Assembly: GCA_021157585.1 (NCBI GenBank)
Contig: JAGGWH010000103.1
Coordinates: forward strand, 23 to 64,022
Direction of reading: 5' to 3'
Source of the DNA: Bacteroidales bacterium
GTDB taxonomy: Bacteria > Bacteroidota > Bacteroidia > Bacteroidales > UBA12170
DNA: 64,000 bases
Shown piece after piece: positions 38,669 through 47,874 of the stretch (the first letter of the stretch is position 1; the number at the start of each line of letters is the position of its first letter). The notes under the pieces were generated by a model. It saw only the letters and a list, made by a program, of their open reading frames with translations. It did not search any database and was not told the origin of the DNA. A program made the position numbers and the translations under genes.

Positions 38669-39808
38669 ATGAAAGACATTTTAAAAAAAAATAATCGTTA
38701 TTTCTCTATTTTTAGTGATTTACCTCTCATTCTTATCATTTTTCTTACACTCTATAGCGTTGACACTCAAAGTCAAAATCTAGTTGATCGTATAGTAATT
38801 GATGCCGGACACGGTGGAAAAGATCCCGGAGCCTCAGGAAAACATAGTAGAGAAAAAGATATTGTACTATCTATTGCATTAAAAACAGGGAAACTAATCA
38901 ATGAGAACTTAAAAGACGTAAATGTTATTTACACACGTAAAACCGACGTTTTTATTCCTTTAAATACTCGTGCAAAAATTGCTAATAACAGTAAAGCCGA
39001 TTTATTTATTTCTATACATTGCAATAGTAACACATCTTCTCAACCAAAAGGTTCAGAAACATATGTTATGGGAATGCATAAAAGCGAAGCAAATTTAGAA
39101 GTAGCTATGTTAGAAAACTCAGCTATTTTACTGGAAGATGACTATAAGATTAATTATGAAGGCTTTGACCCCAGCTCAACGGAAAATCATATTATTTTTA
39201 ACTTTTTCCAAAACAGTTTCCAATCACAAAACTTAGATTTAGCAACTACTGTTCAGTCACAATTTAAAAGAAATACTGCTGTAAGAGACCGAGGAGTTAA
39301 ATCTGCCGGCTTTTGGGTTTTATATAAAACTACAATGCCTGGAATTTTAATAGAGTTAGGTTTTTTGAGTAATCCTATCGATGAAGCATATTTATTATCA
39401 AAAAAGGGACAAAATCAAATGGCAAAAGCCATTTATAATGCTATAAAAGATTACAAAACAAAACATGATGCTTTAGAACTGCAAAAACTAAGCAAAACTA
39501 CAGATAGAACACTTAATACAAATATTAATAGCAAAAAGAACGAAAAAGTATCATTTAGAGTACAATTCTTAAGTTTAGCTACCGAAAAAAAACTTACAGG
39601 CAAAAAATATAACAAGCTTCCTGATATAAAAACATATTTCTACAAAGGAATGTACCGTTACACCAGTGGCGACACTCACAATTATAATGAAATTATAAAC
39701 CTTCAAACCGAAATAAGAAAAGCCGGCTTTAAAGACGCTTTTGTTATTGCACTTTACAATGGCCAGAGAATAAGTATTGCTAAAGGAAGAAAATTAAGTG
39801 GACAATAG
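38669..39808 (+). CDS. N-acetylmuramoyl-L-alanine amidase (Amidase_3) with C-terminal SPOR domain
   Basis: ..IVIDAGHGGKDPGA.., ..DLFISIHCNS.. and ..PGILIELGFLSN.. motifs. The last roughly 80 aa (VSFRVQFLS...GFKDAFVIALYNGQ) look SPOR-like. Confidence 0.85.
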   Translation: MKDILKKNNRYFSIFSDLPLILIIFLTLYSVDTQSQNLVDRIVIDAGHGGKDPGASGKHSREKDIVLSIALKTGKLINENLKDVNVIYTRKTDVFIPLNTRAKIANNSKADLFISIHCNSNTSSQPKGSETYVMGMHKSEANLEVAMLENSAILLEDDYKINYEGFDPSSTENHIIFNFFQNSFQSQNLDLATTVQSQFKRNTAVRDRGVKSAGFWVLYKTTMPGILIELGFLSNPIDEAYLLSKKGQNQMAKAIYNAIKDYKTKHDALELQKLSKTTDRTLNTNINSKKNEKVSFRVQFLSLATEKKLTGKKYNKLPDIKTYFYKGMYRYTSGDTHNYNEIINLQTEIRKAGFKDAFVIALYNGQRISIAKGRKLSGQ

Positions 39809-39822
39809 ATTTATAAAAAAAT

Positions 39823-39853
39823 AAGCTAAACTAACCCTTCATTAGCTTTTTTT
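39823..39853 (+). terminator. rho-independent terminator of the amidase gene
   Basis: AAGCTAA (39823-39829) pairs with TTAGCTT (39842-39848) and is followed by a T run. Confidence 0.55.
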
Positions 39854-39933
39854 AACTAAAAGTTTAATCATGGTGAGCATTATTAGCTTAATTATTTTGC
39901 ATCTTTGCAGTAATAAAAAGTCTAAGACTGAAT

Positions 39934-40881
39934 ATGAAAATTTCTAAAGAAACAAAAACAGGAGCCATTTTTATTTTAGGAGCTGTCCTGTTAATTTGGG
40001 GTTATAGTTTTTTAAAGGGTAAGGATATTTTATCTAACAACCATATATTTTATGCTGTTTACCAGAATATTAGCGGATTAGGAAAAGCTAATCCTGTTTA
40101 CATTAACGGCATGCAAGTTGGACAAGTAACAGAAATAAGTTTCGACCCTTCTCTAAATGGAAATATCATTGTTGAATTAACCCTAAATCACGACTTTCCT
40201 ATTCCCAAAAACAGTTGTGCCGAAATTTTAAGTACTGATTTAATGGGAACTAAAGCCATTAATTTGAATCTAGGATCTTCGACAGAACTGGCACAAAACG
40301 GAGATACACTTATTTCCAAATTAGCAGCAACATTATCTGAGCAAGTTGAAGGAACGGTAGGACCACTCAAAAAAAGAGCAGAAATTGTTTTATCCAGTAT
40401 TGAAGACGTTTTAACAAGCCTGAATGACGTTCTAAATAAGGAGCAAGTGGGAAACCTGAAAAACAGTATCACTCATTTACAATCGACATTACAAGGTACT
40501 GATAGCTTAATTCAGAATGTAGATGGTTTTATTAGCGATGAAAAATCGAGAGCCTCAAAAATTATGATAAATCTGGAATCTATCACCAGTAATTTTAAAA
40601 ACAATAACGAAAGGCTTACAAGTATAATTACTAATTTCAACAGTTTAAGTGATGATTTGGTAAAAGCTAATATTGCCGAAACTTTAAGTAGCGTAAATAA
40701 ATCGATGAGTGACTTCAGCCAAATTATGGAGAAAATAAATAAAGGCGAGGGAAGTATGGGAATGCTTATTAATAATGATAGTCTTTATATCGAATTAGAA
40801 AAGTCTTCACGTGATTTAAATCTTCTTTTAGAAGATATTCGCTTACATCCTAAGAAATATGTGAAGTTGAGTTTGTTTTAA
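39934..40881 (+). CDS. MlaD/MCE-domain protein
   Basis: 315 aa with an N-terminal TM anchor, an MCE domain (..VYINGMQVGQVTEISF..) and a coiled-coil tail. Confidence 0.75.
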   Translation: MKISKETKTGAIFILGAVLLIWGYSFLKGKDILSNNHIFYAVYQNISGLGKANPVYINGMQVGQVTEISFDPSLNGNIIVELTLNHDFPIPKNSCAEILSTDLMGTKAINLNLGSSTELAQNGDTLISKLAATLSEQVEGTVGPLKKRAEIVLSSIEDVLTSLNDVLNKEQVGNLKNSITHLQSTLQGTDSLIQNVDGFISDEKSRASKIMINLESITSNFKNNNERLTSIITNFNSLSDDLVKANIAETLSSVNKSMSDFSQIMEKINKGEGSMGMLINNDSLYIELEKSSRDLNLLLEDIRLHPKKYVKLSLF

Positions 40882-40890
40882 GACGGCCGA

Positions 40891-41020
40891 AATGTTGAAT
40901 GTCTCAATGTCGAGCGTCGAATGTCTCAATGTCTAATGTCTTAATAGCGGAATGTCGGAACATCTAATGTCAGAACGTCTATTTTAAATTTTTAAGCTCT
41001 TGACTTTCAGTCCCCTGACC
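40891..41020. repeat. short-word repeat block (AATGTC words, then GAC(T/C)TTCAG words)
   Basis: AATGTC occurs 7 times (an eighth copy reads AATGTT) between 40891 and 40971, including a 15-bp direct repeat GAATGTCTCAATGTC at 40897-40911 and 40919-40933. GACTTTCAG / GACCTTCAG / GACCTTT words follow at 41001-41030. Confidence 0.8.
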
Positions 41021-41029
41021 TTCAGACCT

Positions 41030-42643
41030 TTACTTTTCCAAGTTTTCAGGGATTTGAATTTTTTCAACCAAAGGATTTTCCGGCTTTTTCTTTTCTGAGT
41101 TTTCACCTCCATTCCCTTCCCAAATAAAAATATCTTCTTTCGTCAAAGGGCGCTTATCCATTAACCACAAAAAACCATTGAGCTTAAACTGATCAGCTGG
41201 AATTTCATCGGGAGGATAGAGTTTAGCTTTTGGTTCTTCCTTATAAGTAATGGTTTCCAACTGATTATTTTTCATATAAATAAGCATGTCTTTTGCAGCA
41301 ATTCTAGTCATGCCAATAGGCGTTTGGTCTTCCTCCCAAAGAAAATATATTGTTTCTGAATTACCTTCAATGCGCAACTTACGTAGATCATTATCAATAA
41401 ACCAACCCACCATAGTATTTCCCTTAATCTGATTGAAATATTTAGGATCGATAGTATCTTGAGAAACGAGAAAAACATTTTTCTTAAACACGACCGAGTC
41501 CATCTCTCCCTCGTGAGTCACCAACTGAATCTCATCAGCTTTAAACTGATTACCCTCATACCAAAGAACAGGCTCATTATAAAAATATACGGTAGAATCT
41601 TTCATTTGATACACAAGAGAATCGCTCATCCCTTGAAAATCATCGCGAAAGAATTTCATATGACGATAAGCCAACAATCGTTCTACTTTATTAGTAGAAT
41701 CGAGCAAAACTTTTAATGTATCGGCATGAATAAATAAAGAATCAAGATTATCAATTAAAATAGCTAAAGCACTATCCACCACAAAAGCAAATTGCTCTTT
41801 CTTTCTATAGTTTGCATAATTTCCTTTTATTACCATATGCTGAACAGTATCGGTAATCTGTACATTTTCAAACACTTCTGCAATTCCTGTAACTTTATCA
41901 TAATACAAACTATCGCCCTGCAAAGTATTGGCTTTATCTTGCATAAAAGCATTCTTAATCAAACGAGTAAAATCATTTTGAGTATTATGAAAACCCGATT
42001 CGGCATACATATACGAACTGTCGCCAACTATAGTTGTTGGACCACTAAAATCCAAAGTTTTAAACTGAGTATGATAATTTAATGAATCGGTATTTAAGAC
42101 ATAATCCTTATTTACCAATACCACGCTGTCACGAAAAACAATTTCTTTAGCCTCGGTATAATAAAACCCTCTTTTACTAGTTAATACATTTGCCGAATCC
42201 ACTACTTTTCCCCAAACAAAGTACTCCCCTACTTTTTCGTTACGACTATATTTTAACTCATCGGTATAAAGTGTAAGCTTAGTATCAAGCAATTTTACAT
42301 TTTGATGTACTTCAGCAATACGAGTATTCCCATCATAATATAATTTATCGCCATACAAATGAAGTGTGTCATTCATTTGAATATGTACGTGACCAAAAGC
42401 ATCAATACTATTTTTATCTCCGTAAAGATATGCGCTATCACACCATAAAACAGAGCCTTCGTGTTCTACTTCCACATCACCTATTAGTCGTTGTACATTA
42501 TCACCCAATGTTTTATCATAAATTCCAACAGTAGCCTTACGGATATCTATTTTCTTGGTAGGAGCTTCTTCCTGAGCAACACCTTGAGTCAGAAACACGA
42601 ATGAGATAAGTAAAATAAAGAGTATACGATTTGTTTTTATCAT
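41030..42643 (-). CDS. OstA-like (LptA/LptD N-terminal fold) repeat protein
   Basis: The track ORF start at 42721 overlaps the upstream transporter gene. The ATG at 42643 gives MIKTNRILFILLISFVFLTQGVAQ (signal peptide). Repeated ..D.L.Y....A.F.GNV.. beta-jellyroll-like segments follow. Confidence 0.55.
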   Translation of the reverse strand: MIKTNRILFILLISFVFLTQGVAQEEAPTKKIDIRKATVGIYDKTLGDNVQRLIGDVEVEHEGSVLWCDSAYLYGDKNSIDAFGHVHIQMNDTLHLYGDKLYYDGNTRIAEVHQNVKLLDTKLTLYTDELKYSRNEKVGEYFVWGKVVDSANVLTSKRGFYYTEAKEIVFRDSVVLVNKDYVLNTDSLNYHTQFKTLDFSGPTTIVGDSSYMYAESGFHNTQNDFTRLIKNAFMQDKANTLQGDSLYYDKVTGIAEVFENVQITDTVQHMVIKGNYANYRKKEQFAFVVDSALAILIDNLDSLFIHADTLKVLLDSTNKVERLLAYRHMKFFRDDFQGMSDSLVYQMKDSTVYFYNEPVLWYEGNQFKADEIQLVTHEGEMDSVVFKKNVFLVSQDTIDPKYFNQIKGNTMVGWFIDNDLRKLRIEGNSETIYFLWEEDQTPIGMTRIAAKDMLIYMKNNQLETITYKEEPKAKLYPPDEIPADQFKLNGFLWLMDKRPLTKEDIFIWEGNGGENSEKKKPENPLVEKIQIPENLEK

Positions 42644-42653
42644 TATCGAAAAG

Positions 42654-44102
42654 CTAAACGACAGTTTCTTTTTTCGGAAATAATAGCGAGAAAAGAACAG
42701 CCAATGTAAAAGCAACGACAAAACTACCTAATCTTTCAGATATTCCACTAGGTTCTGCTAAAAAATTCTTCCAAATAATAGCAGAAGTAGTCCCTCCTAT
42801 CAGAGAAGCAAAAACTCCGGCTTTAGAAAAGCGTTTCCAAAATAAAAGCAATAATACAGCCGGTCCAAAAGAAGAACCAATGCCGGCCCAAGCATATGAA
42901 ACTAAACCATAAACGGTATCGGAAAACCAAAGCGCAATAAAAAAAGCAACTATACCAACAGTAACTACCAATAACCTATTTATCCAGAGCATCTGCTTTT
43001 GGCTACGTTTCTTTTTAGAAAGATCTTGAAATAAATCCTCACTAACGGCTGACGAGCAAACCATTAACTGCGAAGATGCTGTTGACATCATTGCCGAAAC
43101 AGCACCTGAAAGGAGAATTCCAGCTAAAATGGGAGTTAATAAAAACATTACCATTACAGGTAATATTTGTTCTGCATCTTTAGCAAGAACGGCTGCACTA
43201 TTTCCCAAAACACCATCTTTTACCAAGGCAAAACCAATAATCCCTATTCCAAAAGCACCAACATAAGCCAATAGAGTCCACACAATAGCTACCCACTTAG
43301 CAGTAACGGCGTCTTTAGAATCTTTAAGAGCCATCATTCGTGCTAAAAGCTGTGGTTGACCGGTATATCCAAATGCCCAACTCATTCCACTTACAATTAA
43401 AATAACAGCCGCAAAGCCACTTTTCCCGGCAGTTAAACTAACATATTCCGGACTAGCTTGAGAAAAGGCATTTGCAATATCAATATTATTTGAGGTAATA
43501 AAAAACAAGGCAACTATTGGAAGAACTATCAATGTGACAATCATTAAAATACCCTGAAAAACATCTGTTGCAACTACCGTGATAAATCCACCTAACATAG
43601 TATACAATGTCACCATAGCCGATCCAAGAATCATACCCCATAACGGATCCATACCAAAAGCTTCTTGAAACACTTTTCCTGCTCCACTATATTGAGCAGC
43701 AATATAAAAGAGAAAGAAAAATCCAATTATTGATGCCGACAAAACACCTATTGATTTTTCTGAGCCGGGAAATTTTTTAGTAAAAAGCGATGTTATTGTC
43801 AGAGCTCCTGTTTCTTCGGTAAGTTTTCGTAGAGGTTCTGCCATAAATGCCCAAATAAAAACAATACCGATAACACAACCAAGAGCTACCCATAAAGTAC
43901 TATAACCATCTATAAAAGCATGACCGGTTAAGCCAAGTAGCAACCAAGACGATTCTCCGGTAGCCCTTTCGGAAATTGCCAAAGAAACTCCTGAAATCTT
44001 GTTTCCACCTAAAACAAAATCGGCATTAGATTTTGATTTTTTTGCCGAGTAAATAACTATCGCCGTTAAAACTGTTAAGTAAAGTACGAATACTACAAGC
44101 AT
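42654..44102 (-). CDS. sodium:solute symporter family transporter (PutP/PanF-like)
   Basis: 482 aa with about 13 TM helices and an N-terminus ..AKKSKSNADFVLGGNKISG.. typical of the SSS family. Confidence 0.8.
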   Translation of the reverse strand: MLVVFVLYLTVLTAIVIYSAKKSKSNADFVLGGNKISGVSLAISERATGESSWLLLGLTGHAFIDGYSTLWVALGCVIGIVFIWAFMAEPLRKLTEETGALTITSLFTKKFPGSEKSIGVLSASIIGFFFLFYIAAQYSGAGKVFQEAFGMDPLWGMILGSAMVTLYTMLGGFITVVATDVFQGILMIVTLIVLPIVALFFITSNNIDIANAFSQASPEYVSLTAGKSGFAAVILIVSGMSWAFGYTGQPQLLARMMALKDSKDAVTAKWVAIVWTLLAYVGAFGIGIIGFALVKDGVLGNSAAVLAKDAEQILPVMVMFLLTPILAGILLSGAVSAMMSTASSQLMVCSSAVSEDLFQDLSKKKRSQKQMLWINRLLVVTVGIVAFFIALWFSDTVYGLVSYAWAGIGSSFGPAVLLLLFWKRFSKAGVFASLIGGTTSAIIWKNFLAEPSGISERLGSFVVAFTLAVLFSLLFPKKETVV

Positions 44103-44175
44103 AAGTGTTTATTTTGAGAATAGAAACAAAGGTAAAATAATTATGAATTTAGATAAAAGATGAAACGTTTTTATC

Positions 44176-44212
44176 AAAAAAAAGGCAACTGTTAATTAAC
44201 AGTTGCCTTTTT
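44176..44212 (-). terminator. rho-independent (bidirectional-looking) terminator after tRNA-Pro(GGG)
   Basis: 12-bp perfect palindrome GGCAACTGTTAA/TTAACAGTTGCC (44184-44207), flanked by an A run and a T run. Confidence 0.8.
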
Positions 44213-44213
44213 G

Positions 44214-44286
<73 letters not shown>

Positions 44287-44359
44287 CTTTATTTAATACT
44301 AATTAAGACTGCAAATTTATGAAAATTTGTAAATAGCCAATTAAAAAATAAGAGCTTAT

Positions 44360-44809
44360 TTATCCCAAAAGTTCTTTAACAATTGAAGAAACAGTTTTAT
44401 TATCGGCTTTGCCTGCTAATGCTTTAGAAGCCATTCCCATAACGCGACCCATATCTTTCATTGAAGAAGCACCAATTTCCGAAACTATTGCTTCTACCTT
44501 AGATTTTATTTCTTCCAAACTCATTTGCTCAGGTAAATATTTTTCGATAATGCTTGCTTGAAATAGTTCATCTTCGGCCATTTCCGGACGCTCTTTGGCA
44601 TACATTTGAGCAGATTCTTTACGTTGCTTTACTAATTTCTGTAAAAGTTGAATCTCAAGACTTTTTGGGATTTCTTCAGAATTAATATCTCCACCTGTTT
44701 TAATAAGCAAAAGCCCTGCTTTAATAGCACGTAAAGCTTCCAAAGTCTTTTTATCTTTAGCCAACATAGCTGTTTTTATGTCGGTATTTATTTGTATTTC
44801 TAAACTCAT
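44360..44809 (-). CDS. GatB/YqeY domain protein
   Basis: The track start at 44842 is a TTG upstream of the -7 box. The ATG at 44809 gives MSLEIQINTDIKTAMLAKDK.., typical of YqeY. Confidence 0.85.
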   Translation of the reverse strand: MSLEIQINTDIKTAMLAKDKKTLEALRAIKAGLLLIKTGGDINSEEIPKSLEIQLLQKLVKQRKESAQMYAKERPEMAEDELFQASIIEKYLPEQMSLEEIKSKVEAIVSEIGASSMKDMGRVMGMASKALAGKADNKTVSSIVKELLG

Positions 44810-44831
44810 AACCTTTATTTTTCTTGAATTA

Positions 44832-44839
44832 CAAAAGTA
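44832..44839 (-). promoter_or_regulatory. candidate -7 box (TACTTTTG) for yqeY-like gene
   Basis: Exact TAnnTTTG on the minus strand, 22 nt upstream of the ATG at 44809 and directly after the ftsZ terminator. Confidence 0.45.
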
Positions 44840-44864
44840 CAAAAAAACCCGGTTTCCCGGGTTT
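44838..44864 (-). terminator. rho-independent terminator of ftsZ
   Basis: AAACCCGG-TTTC-CCGGGTTT hairpin (44845-44864), followed on the minus strand by a T run. Confidence 0.8.
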
Positions 44865-44884
44865 TCTTTAATTATGGGTAAATA

Positions 44885-46435
44885 CTAGTCTACATTGTCG
44901 TGGAGAAACTTATTATTAGATTTTATTTCTAGTCCATCCTTCCCGTCTGAAAGCGTAAAACGCGCAACTTCAGAGTCTTCAGACGGAATATTTTTGGAGA
45001 GGCTGATATTTTTTCTCTTATACGCAGGTATATTTTCCATTTCATCAATGTTTTGCTTACCGGTATAGGATAACTCACGCAACTTTCTTAGTCTCTCTTT
45101 ATGTTTATTATCTTGAATCGGTTTTTTTACTTCGGGAATTATATTTTCTACTTTTACCTCTTTATCAATAGCTTCGGCTTTTATATCATCATTAATAAAT
45201 GTTTCCGGCTGACTTTCTATTTCGCGGATTATAAGTTCCTTACTAGGTTCAAAGTCGAAACTACTAACATCTTTAACATTTTCTTTAGTATCTTCTAAAT
45301 TAAATATCTTTTTTTCTGCTGATGCTGTTGTTTCAGAACTTTTAGATCTATCTATTAGCTCAATCTCATTAACAGTTTCAACAGCAGTTTCTGTATTTAC
45401 TACCGCTTTCGGACTTACTGTTTCTCCATTTAGCTGAGTCACTTTTTTTACTAAAGAGACTTTCTCTACGGATGATGGACGATCAAAACCGGTAGCAATC
45501 AATGTTATACTAATACTTTTTTCGAGAGATGAATCTCTTCCACTACCCCAAATAATTTCGCATTCGCTACCCACCTGATCTTGAATAATTTCTGTAATTT
45601 CCGAAACTTCATCCATAGAAATTTCTTCATCACCGGACGAAATATACAGCAACATATTTTTAGCACCTTCAATATCATTATCGTTAAGTAATGGAGATGA
45701 TAAAGCTTCTTCTGTTGCTAATGTAGCCCTATTTTCGCCTTCGGCTTTACCCGCACCCATTATAGCTACTCCACTATTTTTCATCACTGTTTTAACATCC
45801 TCAAAATCAACGTTAATATATCCTGTAACAGTAATAATCTCTGCAATTCCTTTGGCGGCTGTTGTTAACACATCATCGGCCTGACTAAAGGCTTCAGAAA
45901 GTGAAAGGTTACCAAACAACTCGCGTAGTTTATCATTATTTATAATAAGAATGGTATCTACATATTTTTTCAGTTCTTCTATTCCTTCTTTTGCTAATTC
46001 TGTACGTTTTCTACCTTCAAAAGCAAATGGCAAAGTAACAATGGCAACAGTTAGTATATCCAACTCTTTAGCTGCTTTTGCAATAACAGGAGCTGCTCCT
46101 GTACCTGTTCCACCACCCATTCCGGCAGTTATGAAAAGCATTTTAGTATTATCGCTTAACAACTCTTTAATATCTTCAATATTTTCTATAGCAGCATTTC
46201 GTCCAACAGCAGGTTTTGATCCTGCGCCTCTACCTTCGGTTAAGCTTGAACCTAATTGAATTTTTGTTGGAATAGGACTATCTTCCAAATGCTGATTATC
46301 CGTATTACACAAAAGAAAATCGACATCTTTAATTCCTTGTTTAAACATATGGTTTACGGCATTTCCACCACCACCACCAACGCCAAGGACTTTGATGATA
46401 TTTGATTGATTTTTAGGCGAATCGAATTTTAACAT
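44885..46435 (-). CDS. ftsZ: cell division protein FtsZ
   Basis: 516 aa with a GGGTGTGAAP tubulin signature, a long disordered linker and a conserved C-terminal peptide. Confidence 0.97.
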   Translation of the reverse strand: MLKFDSPKNQSNIIKVLGVGGGGGNAVNHMFKQGIKDVDFLLCNTDNQHLEDSPIPTKIQLGSSLTEGRGAGSKPAVGRNAAIENIEDIKELLSDNTKMLFITAGMGGGTGTGAAPVIAKAAKELDILTVAIVTLPFAFEGRKRTELAKEGIEELKKYVDTILIINNDKLRELFGNLSLSEAFSQADDVLTTAAKGIAEIITVTGYINVDFEDVKTVMKNSGVAIMGAGKAEGENRATLATEEALSSPLLNDNDIEGAKNMLLYISSGDEEISMDEVSEITEIIQDQVGSECEIIWGSGRDSSLEKSISITLIATGFDRPSSVEKVSLVKKVTQLNGETVSPKAVVNTETAVETVNEIELIDRSKSSETTASAEKKIFNLEDTKENVKDVSSFDFEPSKELIIREIESQPETFINDDIKAEAIDKEVKVENIIPEVKKPIQDNKHKERLRKLRELSYTGKQNIDEMENIPAYKRKNISLSKNIPSEDSEVARFTLSDGKDGLEIKSNNKFLHDNVD

Positions 46436-46508
46436 AGTAAGGTTCTTTTAAAGTACTAATTTAGTTCTTAAAGGTACTTTCTTTAAGGGATACAAGCGTA
46501 TTTATTAA

Positions 46509-46516
46509 CAAATCTA
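46509..46516 (-). promoter_or_regulatory. candidate -7 box (TAGATTTG) dedicated to ftsZ
   Basis: Exact TAnnTTTG on the minus strand, about 73 nt upstream of the ftsZ ATG and just downstream of the ftsA terminator hairpin. Confidence 0.4.
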
Positions 46517-46532
46517 GTGTTGATATCTGAGC

Positions 46533-46563
46533 AAAAAAAAACGGAGTAAAAACTCCGTTTTTT
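46533..46563 (-). terminator. rho-independent terminator/attenuator between ftsA and ftsZ
   Basis: AAACGGAGT-AAAA-ACTCCGTTT hairpin with A and T runs on both sides. It starts about 20 nt after the ftsA stop. Confidence 0.7.
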
Positions 46564-46583
46564 AACTTATATATTATATTCTT

Positions 46584-47870
46584 TTATTTTAAATCTTCGT
46601 TTTCGTTATCGAAAAAATCTTGTATTTTCTGAAAGAAACTTTTGTCATTTTTATGAAGCGGCTTTGTTTGTTCTTGCTGCTGCTCATTATTTGAAGTATC
46701 ACGATTCTCAAAATCGTAACGTTCAAAACCTTCAATTACAAGACCTATACCGGTTGAATATGTTGGACTGGCTAATTCTTCGGGAGTTCCTTCGGCTAAA
46801 TGCTCATTAGGATATCCTATTCTCGTGTCCATACCGGTCATAAACTCAGTAAGTTGTGCAAAATGTTTTAATAATGCTCCACCTCCGGTTAAAACAATAC
46901 CTGCAATTAGTTTATTTTCGTAACCGGAATTTTTTATTTCAAAATAAACATGTTCAATAATTTCTTCTATTCTAGCCTGAATAATGCTTGCTAAGTTTTT
47001 TAGGGTTATTTCCTTTGGTGGACGACCACGTAAACCCGGTATTGCCACTACTTCTTCTTCTTTATTTTCGCTTGCTAAAGCAGAACCAAATTTAACTTTT
47101 AATTCTTCTGCATGCTTCTTAATAATAGAACAACCTTCTTTAACATCTTCGGTAACTACATCGCCACCAAAAGGGATTACAGCAGTATGGCGAATAATAC
47201 CGTCATGAAATATTGCAACATCCGTAGTACCTCCACCAATATCAACCAAAGCTACACCCGCTTCTTTTTCTTCCTCACTTAAAACAGCTTTTGCCGAAGC
47301 AATAGGTTCAAGAATAAGATCTACTATATCTAAATTGCTTTTACGAACACACTTAAAAATATTTTTGGCAGCAGTAGTTTGTCCAATAATAATATGAAAA
47401 TTAGCTTCCAAAGAATTTCCTAACATTCCTACCGGCTCACGTATTCCCGCTTCGCCATCGATAATATATTCCTGAGGAATAACGTCTATTATTTCTTCGC
47501 CCGGACTCATATTTAAGTTGCGCATACTTTCTAAGAGATCATCAACGTCTTTCTGATTTATTTCGTCATCAATATTCTTACGAATAATTATACCGCGATG
47601 CTGAAGACTTTTGATATGCTGTCCGGCTATTCCAACATTTACATAGTCGATTTTTACGTTAGATTTTGATTCTGCTTCTTCAATGGCTTTTTTTATTGAT
47701 TGAACAGTATTTTCTATATTTGAAACAACTCCACGTTTTACACCAATAGATTCGGTTTTGCCGGATCCTAGAATTTCAATCTTACCGTATTCGTTACGAC
47801 GACCTACAATAGCAGCAATTTTTGTTGTTCCTATATCTAATCCTACAATTATTATGTCAGAGGCTTCCAT
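46584..47870 (-). CDS. ftsA: cell division protein FtsA
   Basis: 428 aa with an actin-like fold (..GLDIGTTKIAAIV.., ..DIGGGTTDVAIF..). Confidence 0.95.
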   Translation of the reverse strand: MEASDIIIVGLDIGTTKIAAIVGRRNEYGKIEILGSGKTESIGVKRGVVSNIENTVQSIKKAIEEAESKSNVKIDYVNVGIAGQHIKSLQHRGIIIRKNIDDEINQKDVDDLLESMRNLNMSPGEEIIDVIPQEYIIDGEAGIREPVGMLGNSLEANFHIIIGQTTAAKNIFKCVRKSNLDIVDLILEPIASAKAVLSEEEKEAGVALVDIGGGTTDVAIFHDGIIRHTAVIPFGGDVVTEDVKEGCSIIKKHAEELKVKFGSALASENKEEEVVAIPGLRGRPPKEITLKNLASIIQARIEEIIEHVYFEIKNSGYENKLIAGIVLTGGGALLKHFAQLTEFMTGMDTRIGYPNEHLAEGTPEELASPTYSTGIGLVIEGFERYDFENRDTSNNEQQQEQTKPLHKNDKSFFQKIQDFFDNENEDLK

Positions 47871-47874
47871 GATT

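Noticed and set aside
40891-40975. AATGTC reiteration considered as a CRISPR or minisatellite array
   Set aside because: The repeat unit is 6-8 bp with irregular spacing, there are no 25-40 bp repeats or unique spacers, and no cas genes are present in the window.
42644-42721. 68-nt overlap between the OstA-like ORF and the symporter gene
   Set aside because: This is an artefact of the track choosing the most upstream ATG (42721). The ATG at 42643 is followed by a clean signal peptide and removes the overlap, leaving a 10-nt gap.
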